From assembly GCA_963736045.1 (NCBI GenBank), contig CAVTNK010000006.1, forward strand, positions 104,124 to 168,123: DNA of 64,000 bases, given 5' to 3'. Every line of letters begins with the position of its first letter. Positions within the stretch are counted from its first letter, which is position 1. This document shows positions 20,788 to 27,863 of the stretch, piece after piece. The translations under genes were made by a program, and so were the position numbers. This DNA comes from an uncultured Actinomycetes bacterium (lineage in GTDB: Bacteria; Actinomycetota; Thermoleophilia; Gaiellales; Gaiellaceae). The notes beneath the pieces were generated by a model. It saw only the letters and a list, made by a program, of their open reading frames with translations. It searched no databases and was not told the DNA's origin.

Positions 20788-22278
20788 TGTGACGGTGATT
20801 GGTAGCTGTGTCGGGCCTGGGAAGGTGAGGCTGGTGTCGCCGCCGGTGAGGGTGACGGAGAGCTTGATCTGTGGTGGGGTGCCGGGGATGAGTTGAAGTG
20901 TGCTGGTCGCGGTGCCGATCACGTTGCTGGGCTCGTTGAGCGTGGTGGTGGTCTTGGCGGCGGTGAACGGGTTGGTGGCGCTGAAGTCGGCTGTTTCTGT
21001 GATGGGTTGGCTGCTGAGCGGCGGTTCAGTGAATGAGATCGTCCACGCCCCTTTCAGCGGGTCGGAACCGCAGAAGTCGCCGGAGAAGGTTTGTGTGATC
21101 GTGAGGTTCTGAGGCGCCGCGGTCGTGAACTGGACGGTTAGACCGTCGAAGTGGTACTTGAACAGGGCGGGTGGTGGCGGCGGCGGCGGTGGCTGTGGCG
21201 GGGTTGTGACTGGTTTGCAGTTGATGGTGATGAACGCGTCGATCTTTCCTTGTGCCTGGTTGAGCTTGTCGACCAGCATCTTGTTCTTGGCGATCATGGC
21301 GTCTGCGAGGCGGACATCGAGCTTGAGGCCACGGATCGCGTCTCGCAGCCTGTCTTTTTCCTCCCGGACGGTCATGGTGGCTTTCAACCCGAAGGCATGA
21401 ACCGCGAGCCCCGAGTTGCCGCCTCCGGCAAAAGTGATCAGCGGAGCGACAACGGCTGTCCCGATGTTGAAAAGCGTCGTCCCGGCGTGAACGAAATTCT
21501 GAACCAGCAGGTCATGCTCGAGCTCCGGTACAGCTTTTTCGAGCTCCTGTTTGAACTTCTTCAGCTCTTCGTCTCTCTGTGTCGCGTAGAGCAGAGACGA
21601 AGAGACCTGCGACTGCATCTGCTGGAGCTCGCTGCACGGGGTGGCGCCGGTTGGGGCGGGAATCCGCTCTTCCACGGAAGCGATCTCCTTCTCAACCGCA
21701 TCCCAGTACTGCGCGGTCACCGGGCCATGCACCTGCGCCGAGCGTGCCGCGCCTTTGGTAGGAAAGGTCGCGAAGACCTTGACCTCGATCTGGCTGACAT
21801 GGCTGAACCCGACGCCGGCCACAACGAAGCTGAGCGACCGGCCCTTACGGACAACGACTGCGGCATCGATCGAATGGGTCTTGGCCAATGTTTGGCCGAT
21901 CGCGCCTGCACCGAGGGTCGCGACATCCTGAGTTCGAACACTCGCATCGTTCGAGCGGAGAACAACCGCGACCAGGCCGTTCACGAGGTGGCCCCGGCCG
22001 AGCACCTGTTCGATGTTGCCCGCAAACGTCGCCTTAACGATCACCCCGACTCGCTCGACCCCGGTCGCCTTGACCGAGACGAGCGTCAACGCCTTCCGCT
22101 CGGCCGCCGTCAACCCCTTCGCTCCAACCGGAGGCTTCGATGCCCGCGCGATCACCGTGTCCGCGCTGACCGTGCCGACCGCCACCAGCAAACCGCACCC
22201 GACAATGGCAGCGAGTACAGACGCCTTACAGGCCCGCATACACCCGCGAGTCTCCTGGACGGACCGGCGATTGTCCAC
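20767..22278 (-). CDS. Secreted orphan protein with a central coiled-coil region and a poly-proline linker
   Basis: 503 aa. Signal-like ASVLAAIVGCGLLVAVGTVSA (probable start M14 at 22239). PPQPPPPPPPP linker, Thr-rich beta C-domain. Many A/T-ending codons relative to neighbours. Confidence 0.55.
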   Translation of the reverse strand: MDNRRSVQETRGCMRACKASVLAAIVGCGLLVAVGTVSADTVIARASKPPVGAKGLTAAERKALTLVSVKATGVERVGVIVKATFAGNIEQVLGRGHLVNGLVAVVLRSNDASVRTQDVATLGAGAIGQTLAKTHSIDAAVVVRKGRSLSFVVAGVGFSHVSQIEVKVFATFPTKGAARSAQVHGPVTAQYWDAVEKEIASVEERIPAPTGATPCSELQQMQSQVSSSLLYATQRDEELKKFKQELEKAVPELEHDLLVQNFVHAGTTLFNIGTAVVAPLITFAGGGNSGLAVHAFGLKATMTVREEKDRLRDAIRGLKLDVRLADAMIAKNKMLVDKLNQAQGKIDAFITINCKPVTTPPQPPPPPPPPALFKYHFDGLTVQFTTAAPQNLTITQTFSGDFCGSDPLKGAWTISFTEPPLSSQPITETADFSATNPFTAAKTTTTLNEPSNVIGTATSTLQLIPGTPPQIKLSVTLTGGDTSLTFPGPTQLPITVTPVTSCP

Positions 22279-22495
22279 TCACCGGCACCATCTCGGCCTC
22301 CCGGTTCGCTCAACACCTCGTCATCCGGGACACGATCAGACTCCCGCACCCAATGTGTGGCCGGTTCGGTTCGAGTCAGCCCTCGGTCGGCGGTCGCGGA
22401 GTCATTTCCCGGGTTTTGGGACGTAGATTGTCTTGCAGTGAGAGTCGGATGGCGTTGACGAGTCCTGAGCCGAGGCGATCGAGGCGGGTCTTGGC

Positions 22496-23248
22496 GTGAG
22501 TGCGGGCTTTCTTGTCTTCTCTGCCTTTTTGGCGAGTGCTGTTGAGATGGTGGAGGCGCTGACGATCGTGTTGGCGGCGGGTGTTGCCCGGGGCTGGCGC
22601 TCGTCGCTGGCCGGGGTTGCCGCGGCGACGGTGGCGCTCGCGGTCGTGGTGGCGGCGCTCGGGCCGGCCCTGACGGTGGTGCCGCTCGACAGGTTGCGGT
22701 TGGTTGTCGGCTTTCTCCTGCTCGTTTTCGGGTTGCAGTGGCTGCGCAAGGCGATCCTGCGCGCCAGCGGTTTCAAGGCGCTTCACGACGAGGACGCGAT
22801 CTTCGCGCGCGAGTTGGAAGAGGCTCGCGGCGTCGAGCGTGTCGAGCGGGCCGGCCTGGATTGGTACGGCTTCACCCTTTCGTTCAAAGGAGTGCTACTC
22901 GAAGGGCTGGAAGTCGCCTTCATCGTTCTCACCTTCGGCAGCACGCAGGGCAGCGTCCCGCTCGCTGCTGCCGGCGCGGCCGGTGCGCTCGTCCTGGTCG
23001 CCGGGGTCGGCGTCGCTGCACGCGCGCCGCTCGCGCGTGTACCGGAGAACAGCATGAAGTTCGCGGTCGGGATCATGCTCACGACCTTCGGGATCTTCTG
23101 GTCGGCGGAAGGCGCAGGCGCCGACTGGCCCGGGTCGGACGCGGCGCTGCTCGGCGTGCTCGCCTTCGTGATCGGCTGCTCGGCTGTCCTGGTCGGGCTC
23201 CTGCGCCGCCAGAAGCGAGCCCTAGCGACGGTCGGGGCGCAAGCGTGA
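22496..23248 (+). CDS. Polytopic membrane protein (COG4280 / GDT1-like)
   Basis: 250 aa, about 6 TM segments. EMVEALTIVLAAG and LLEGLEVAFIVLTFG repeated acidic-motif helices. GTG start. Confidence 0.6.
   Translation: MSAGFLVFSAFLASAVEMVEALTIVLAAGVARGWRSSLAGVAAATVALAVVVAALGPALTVVPLDRLRLVVGFLLLVFGLQWLRKAILRASGFKALHDEDAIFARELEEARGVERVERAGLDWYGFTLSFKGVLLEGLEVAFIVLTFGSTQGSVPLAAAGAAGALVLVAGVGVAARAPLARVPENSMKFAVGIMLTTFGIFWSAEGAGADWPGSDAALLGVLAFVIGCSAVLVGLLRRQKRALATVGAQA
22726..22756. repeat. Direct repeat copy B1 (TTTCGGGTTGCAGTGGCTGCGCAAGGCGATC)
   Basis: 27 nt (22730-22756) are identical to 29963-29989, or 30/31 nt with flanks. Lies inside the membrane-protein CDS (codons FGLQWLRKAI). Confidence 0.85.
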
Positions 23249-23442
23249 GCAGGCTCGCCGCCTTCGCGCGTTTCTGGTGGAACTTCGTCGTCGGCGACGA
23301 CTGGGTCGCCGCGGCCGGCATCGCGATCTCGATCGGCCTCACGGCCGCACTGGCAGCCAACCAGATCGCCGCCTGGTGGTTCCTCCCGCTGGCAACCATG
23401 GCGATTCTGTACGTCACACTCCGCCGAGCAACACTGCACTAG
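23245..23442 (+). CDS. Small two-TM membrane protein, translationally coupled to the upstream gene
   Basis: 65 aa, VSRLAAFARFWWNFVVGDDWVAAAGIAISIGL...WWFLPLATMAILYV. GTGA start/stop overlap at 23245-23248. Confidence 0.5.
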   Translation: MSRLAAFARFWWNFVVGDDWVAAAGIAISIGLTAALAANQIAAWWFLPLATMAILYVTLRRATLH

Positions 23443-23560
23443 CGGGGCGTCCTCACCCGATCCCCGAATCGGGGCAGCCGAGCTGCGCCGATCGATAGGA
23501 ACCGGTCTTGCCACCAGCGACCTCCCATCTTCTACGCGGGGAGTCGTCGTTCACTGCGTC

Positions 23561-23579
23561 GGCTCGATCGAGCCGTTTT
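23561..23579 (+). terminator. Palindrome plus T-run
   Basis: GGCTCGATCGAGCC, a perfect 14-bp palindrome, followed by GTTTT. Confidence 0.35.
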
Positions 23580-23612
23580 CCCCGTTTCGGGAGGCGGGTT
23601 AACTAATAGGGG

Positions 23613-24185
23613 CTAGCGGTCGGGGCGGGCGTCGATGCGGGAGCTGTCGATGGTGACGAGGTGTTCGTTCGTCCAGACGGCGAGCGCGTGACCTGCGGCG
23701 GCGGCTTTGATCTTGTTGGGTGCTTCTGGGTCGCTGGCGATAGCTGTGTATCCGTGCTCGAGAAGTTGTTGGTGGATCTCTTCCTCGGTGATCGTGTTGG
23801 CACCCCAGTCGTTGTATGTCCAGTCGGTGTCTTTCTGGATGCGCTCGGGTGCCACGCCGACTCCGATTGGGTGGGCGAAGAGGATCGCGCCGCTTTCGCG
23901 GAGGGATTGCCACTCGGCCGACTTGGCAGCATCATGGAGGGCGGCGAGGCTGTCGAACCAGAGTTCTGACCATCCGTCGTGGGTTTGGCCGCGGTCCGTG
24001 TAGGCGTCGAGGAATGCGTGGTTTTCGACGTAGCGGCGTAGGCCGGGCGGCACGCACTGGGCTCTCTGATCGGGATCCTCGTGCTCGTCGGGGATCGTCC
24101 TCGCAATCCCGCTCGGGATCGCGCTACGCGGAACCGTCGCGCGGTGGTCGAATACCTCCGTTCGCGTTAGTGCGCCATTAGACAA
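23613..24185 (-). CDS. EthD-domain-like protein (start uncertain)
   Basis: GLRRYVENHAFLD...DGWSELWFDSLAALHDAAKSAEWQ...ILFAHP resembles an EthD domain, with an extra C-terminal region. The candidate TTG start at 24185 is only 12 nt from the divergent TolB-like start, so the real start may be internal. Confidence 0.45.
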   Translation of the reverse strand: MSNGALTRTEVFDHRATVPRSAIPSGIARTIPDEHEDPDQRAQCVPPGLRRYVENHAFLDAYTDRGQTHDGWSELWFDSLAALHDAAKSAEWQSLRESGAILFAHPIGVGVAPERIQKDTDWTYNDWGANTITEEEIHQQLLEHGYTAIASDPEAPNKIKAAAAGHALAVWTNEHLVTIDSSRIDARPDR

Positions 24186-24197
24186 GCGGCGTACCGT

Positions 24198-25268
24198 GTG
24201 AGCATGTTCGGTCGCGTTCTCGTAGCGGTAACCGTTCTTCTCGCGCTCCTCGCGGCGACGAGTCGCGCCTCGTCCACGAGCATCTCGCCGTGCCGGCAGG
24301 TGAGCCTCCCGACCTGGTCGCCGGACGGCACGGAGATCGCGTTCTACGGCAGGCGCTGGCCTCCGCCGACCGGCCACCGCAACCCGAACGACATCCTGCA
24401 GGCGCTCTGCACCGCAAACGCCGATGGCACGAGCGCCCAGCCGCTCCGCTACACGGTGTGCACCGGCAAGTGCCCCGACCCGCCCTACCAGATCGTCTGG
24501 TTGCAGCCGAATGCGCTCCTCTTCCTGCGGGACGGGGACATCCTCCGGATTGCGCCCGGGAGCAAGCCGCAGAAGATCGCCCGGATCAACGACTTCTCTT
24601 TCGTGACGAACCCAACCGGAACTCGTATCGCGGCCGGCGCCGGCTCGCCCTCGTGCCTGACCTGCTCGGGGCCGGTGACGATCCTCGACGCCCAGTCGGG
24701 AGCCCTCGTCGGCACGGCCGGCGGGAGAAAGCTTGACAACGTCAACCCGAGCCTCTCGCCCGACGGCACGCGGGTCGTCTTCGAGCGCAACGCGTCCGAC
24801 GACTCCGGGCACACGTTCGGCATCTGGACGGCGAAGACGAACGGCAGCCAGCTCCGGCAGCTCGCGAAAGTCGGCGAGCACCCGCTGTGGTCGCCCATGG
24901 GCGGAAAGATCGCTTATGTGGCCTTCGCGGGGAAGTCGGTCGCGCTGCGCCTGGTCTCGGCCGGGGGCGGCGAGAGCCGGGCTCTCGTCCCGCGAAACGT
25001 CGAGAACGTGTTCGGCTGGTCGCCCGACGGTAAGTCCATCGCTTTCGAGACGGGCAAAGGATCGATTGGCAAGCTGGCCGTCGTCGACGTCGCGACCGGG
25101 AAGGTGCGCAGCCTCCTGCAGCTCTACTACGGGCCGACCGCCGCCTGGTCGTCGGACTCGAGCGAGCTGCTCGCCAACACCGTTCCGAAGACGCAGAAGT
25201 GCTGGTCGACCTGGCGCGTGCCGGCCGACGGCTCGAAGCCGACCCTGATCTCGAGCTGCAGGAGCTAG
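24198..25268 (+). CDS. Secreted TolB-like beta-propeller (PD40/WD40-like repeats)
   Basis: 356 aa. Signal VLVAVTVLLALLAATSRA. Repeated WSPDG/LSPDG blades (WSPDGTEIAFYG, LSPDGTRVVFER, WSPMGGKIAYV, WSPDGKSIAFE). Confidence 0.75.
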   Translation: MSMFGRVLVAVTVLLALLAATSRASSTSISPCRQVSLPTWSPDGTEIAFYGRRWPPPTGHRNPNDILQALCTANADGTSAQPLRYTVCTGKCPDPPYQIVWLQPNALLFLRDGDILRIAPGSKPQKIARINDFSFVTNPTGTRIAAGAGSPSCLTCSGPVTILDAQSGALVGTAGGRKLDNVNPSLSPDGTRVVFERNASDDSGHTFGIWTAKTNGSQLRQLAKVGEHPLWSPMGGKIAYVAFAGKSVALRLVSAGGGESRALVPRNVENVFGWSPDGKSIAFETGKGSIGKLAVVDVATGKVRSLLQLYYGPTAAWSSDSSELLANTVPKTQKCWSTWRVPADGSKPTLISSCRS

Positions 25269-25442
25269 CCCGCGGCTACGGCGAGACGCCGCTCGACGAG
25301 GCGGTCGGCGGCCTCGGCGGGCGTGATCCCGTCGCCGCGCGTCCCTGAGCGCCAGGCGACCTGACCGTCGGCTGGCGACCGTGCTTTCGCTCGAGCCAGT
25401 CTGTCGCCACTTGCGGGAACTGCGTCACCCGGGGGCTTCGCG

Positions 25443-25465
25443 ATGGTGAGTGTTGGTGAGTACGG
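25443..25465. repeat. Direct repeat copy A2 (ATGGTGAGTGTTGGTGAGTACGG), candidate attR
   Basis: Pairs with 15251-15274. Lies between convergent genes. Confidence 0.6.
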
Positions 25466-25641
25466 CAGGGGATACCAGAACTGCGCACCGTTCACACAGG
25501 GACGCACACGCGCTGCGCGAGAGGTCGATCGTCCTTGCCTTGCGGGTTGGTGAGGGAGGTCGGAGAGACTTGGAAGATGAGCGGTTGGACGGTTAGCGGG
25601 CCCGTGCTTGCGTCGACGGCGTGCCCTCCTGCTCGGCTGGT

Positions 25642-26217
25642 TCAGGTGTTCTCGACGAGTCGGGTCATGAGTGTGATCGCGTGGTCGGTGGTCAGTTGTT
25701 GTTCGTGGGTGAGGGTGCGGTGGGTGTCGAAGCTGAGGGCGAGAGCGATAGCGGCTTTCAGGTCTTTGCGTCGTTGTTTGCGGGCGTGCCAGGCGGCGGC
25801 GAGTGTTTCGGCGGCGTCGTCCCAGTACGCGTGGTAGGGAGCCATCACGGGGAGGTCACGTGCTTCGGCCAAAGCCATGCCGATCATCTGTGCGTTCTGC
25901 TCGTGCCAGGCGTAGCTCTCGCGTAAGCCGGTCTTGAGACGCTCGATTGGATCGGGGATCTCGCGCCAGCGAGCGGTGTCGGGAAACGGGTGCTGTGAGA
26001 AGTAGTGACCGCTGCAGGCGTTGAACAGGCTCTCCTCGTCGGGGAAGTGTCGGTAGACGGTCACTCTTCCCACCCCGGCCCGCTTCGCGATCTCGCTGAT
26101 CGTGGTCTGCGCGGCGCCGATTGATTGGTGTAGTTCGATTGTTGCGTCGACGATCTTCTGCCGTGTCTGGTCTTGGTGCTCGGCTCGGCGCTTGAGGGTG
26201 TATGCGCGACGAGCCAT
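25642..26217 (-). CDS. TetR-family transcriptional regulator
   Basis: 191 aa from MARRAYTLKRR. HTH TTISEIAKRAGVGRVTVYRHF. Divergent from the cupin gene. Confidence 0.85.
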   Translation of the reverse strand: MARRAYTLKRRAEHQDQTRQKIVDATIELHQSIGAAQTTISEIAKRAGVGRVTVYRHFPDEESLFNACSGHYFSQHPFPDTARWREIPDPIERLKTGLRESYAWHEQNAQMIGMALAEARDLPVMAPYHAYWDDAAETLAAAWHARKQRRKDLKAAIALALSFDTHRTLTHEQQLTTDHAITLMTRLVENT

Positions 26218-26233
26218 CCCAAACCACGATACA

Positions 26234-26245
26234 CGATGTACATCG
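26234..26245. promoter_or_regulatory. Candidate TetR operator (perfect palindrome CGATGTACATCG)
   Basis: Perfect 12-bp palindrome in the 113-bp TetR/cupin divergent region, abutting the -35 element. Confidence 0.5.
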
Positions 26246-26249
26246 AAAC

Positions 26250-26279
26250 TTGACAGCCGACCAGAGTCCCGTGTAGGTT
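26250..26279 (+). promoter_or_regulatory. Sigma70-like promoter for the cupin gene
   Basis: TTGACA (26250-26255), 18-nt spacer, TAGGTT (26274-26279). About 50 nt upstream of ATG 26331, which has an AGAAGGGAG RBS. Confidence 0.4.
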
Positions 26280-26330
26280 CTCCTAGATCATGAAACAGCT
26301 CGTACCTCGAAATAGAGAAGGGAGCAACGC

Positions 26331-26828
26331 ATGAACCAAACAACTTCCGCGGTTGCGATCGCACTGCAGCAGAGTGAGGGCGACGCGCGCTGGTTTCTGG
26401 GCGCGCTCTGCACGATCAAGTCAACGGGAGAGCAGACAAACGGCCGGGTCACCGTCACCGAGAACTGGGCGCCGCGCGGACACGGCTCGCCGCTCCATGT
26501 CCACCATCAGGAGGACGAGTGGTTCTACGTCCTCTCTGGCGAGCTGACGTTCTGGGTCGACGGTCGAGTAATCAACGCCGCCGAAGGCTCATTCGTCTAC
26601 GGCCCACGCCACGTCCCTCACACCTTTATCGTCACCTCCGAGGAAGCTCGCTTCCTCCTCGTGGTCGAACCAGCCGGCCTCGAAGACTTCATTCACGCGC
26701 TCTCAGAGCCGGCCCAGTCACTCACCCTCCCGCCAGCCTCGACCCAACCACCCGCCATGGACACGATGATGACGGCCGCGGCCGAGCACGGGATCGAGAT
26801 CCTCGGCCCTCCCGGTATCCCCACCTAA
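26331..26828 (+). CDS. Cupin-domain protein
   Basis: 165 aa. GSPLHVHHQEDEWFYVLSGELTFWVDG...GPRHVPHTF, the two-motif cupin signature. Confidence 0.75.
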   Translation: MNQTTSAVAIALQQSEGDARWFLGALCTIKSTGEQTNGRVTVTENWAPRGHGSPLHVHHQEDEWFYVLSGELTFWVDGRVINAAEGSFVYGPRHVPHTFIVTSEEARFLLVVEPAGLEDFIHALSEPAQSLTLPPASTQPPAMDTMMTAAAEHGIEILGPPGIPT

Positions 26829-26925
26829 ACCCGAGGCATGCCCGCCCCGCGGCTTTCTGGCAAGCGGGCAGGCTTGACAATCGCAGGTATCGCCCTGAAA
26901 CTCGCCGCGTCGGCCGAGAGGGGAG

Positions 26926-27546
26926 ATGCATATGTACGCGCGCGTAGCCAGGTTCGCAGGGGTCACACATGAGCAGGCCGAGACGCTGAAGCGGCTCGGC
27001 AAGGAGCAGTTCCTGCCGCAGATGCAGCAGATGGAGGGGTACGCCGGGACTCTGATGCTGCACGACACGGATGCGGGCCAGGGTGTCGACGTTCAGTTCT
27101 TCGACAGCCAGGAGGCCATGGAGGCGGCTCATCGTGAGCTCGACGCCATGACGCCGCCGGACGAGTTGGCCGGGATCAACCGCGTCTCGGTCACCATGTA
27201 CGAGGTTCTCCACCATGAGGTCTCCGGCGACCCGGCGGTGGCACGGATCTCCCTGTTCGAGGGTCCTCCGGACGGGATCGACGAGGGCTTCCGTAAGGCG
27301 AAGGAGGGGGTTCTTCCCCGGCAGCGCCAGGTGGACGGCTTCCAGGGCCTCATCTACTTCGTCGACCGCGAGAGCGGCAAGACGAGGGTGGTGACGTTCT
27401 GGGAAAGCGACGCGGCTCGCCAGGCGAGCGAGGAGGAGGCCAACAAGCTGCGGCAGCAGGCGGCCGACGCGGGCGGCGAGACGATCACCGGCGTCGACCG
27501 TGCCGATGTCATCGCACTCACCCTGCCGGCGGGCGCGAGCACCTAG
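26926..27546 (+). CDS. Tandem ABM/Dabb-like (ferredoxin-fold) domain protein
   Basis: 206 aa. Two repeats of the pattern ...ARVARFAGV...GYAGTLMLHD...VQFFDSQEAME and ...ARISLFEG...GFQGLIYFVDRESGKTRVVTFWESDAA. Confidence 0.45.
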   Translation: MHMYARVARFAGVTHEQAETLKRLGKEQFLPQMQQMEGYAGTLMLHDTDAGQGVDVQFFDSQEAMEAAHRELDAMTPPDELAGINRVSVTMYEVLHHEVSGDPAVARISLFEGPPDGIDEGFRKAKEGVLPRQRQVDGFQGLIYFVDRESGKTRVVTFWESDAARQASEEEANKLRQQAADAGGETITGVDRADVIALTLPAGAST

Positions 27547-27557
27547 GCAACAGCGAA

Positions 27558-27583
27558 GGGGCGGCGCCTCCAGGCGCCGCCCC
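27558..27583. terminator. Bidirectional GC hairpin between convergent genes
   Basis: GGGGCGGCGCC-TCCA-GGCGCCGCCCC, an 11-bp perfect stem. Confidence 0.55.
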
Positions 27584-27863
27584 TCAGCGCATCCATCCGG
27601 GGATGATGCGGCCGTAGTACGTGCGGGTCGGCACCGGGTCGTCGATTCCTGTGAAGACCAGGGCCGCGATCGTGAGCTCGGAGGTTCATCTTGAGTGCGC
27701 TTGCCCAGCATCCGCAGGCGCCGACCTTCCGCGCGTTCGCCGGTACTAGGAGGACGTCGATACGTGCTGTCCGGGTGTTGGCGACAAACCGACGGCGGTG
27801 CTGCCAAAGATCCCTCAGCCCGTGGCCCGCAAGTTAGCTGCACACGCCGCGACGTCGAGGGGA

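Larger units (their letters stand above)
15251..25465. mobile_element. Candidate integrated genomic island next to tRNA-Val (about 10.2 kb), bounded by repeats A1/A2
   Basis: The order tRNA, repeat, HTH and integrase sits at the left end. The second repeat copy lies between the convergent TolB-like and TetR genes. The cargo is accessory and partly degraded. No excision evidence is available. Confidence 0.4.

Noticed and set aside
21160-21205. GGN/GGC-rich tandem-looking stretch
   Set aside because: It is the antisense of the PPQPPPPPPPP coding linker of the 503-aa gene, not a non-coding repeat or CRISPR.
23599-24106. Pro/Thr/Ser-rich ORFs here and at 29845-30559
   Set aside because: They are alternative frames or antisense of the EthD-like and GT-C-like genes, whose own frames give normal globular or TM sequence.
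27590-27700. Minus-strand tail ...ELTIAALVFTGIDDPVPTRTYYGRIIPGWMR* just downstream of the HerA-like gene
   Set aside because: It looks like a real C-terminus. However, a stop sits immediately upstream in that frame and no start is present. It is treated as a gene remnant, not as a HerA partner.
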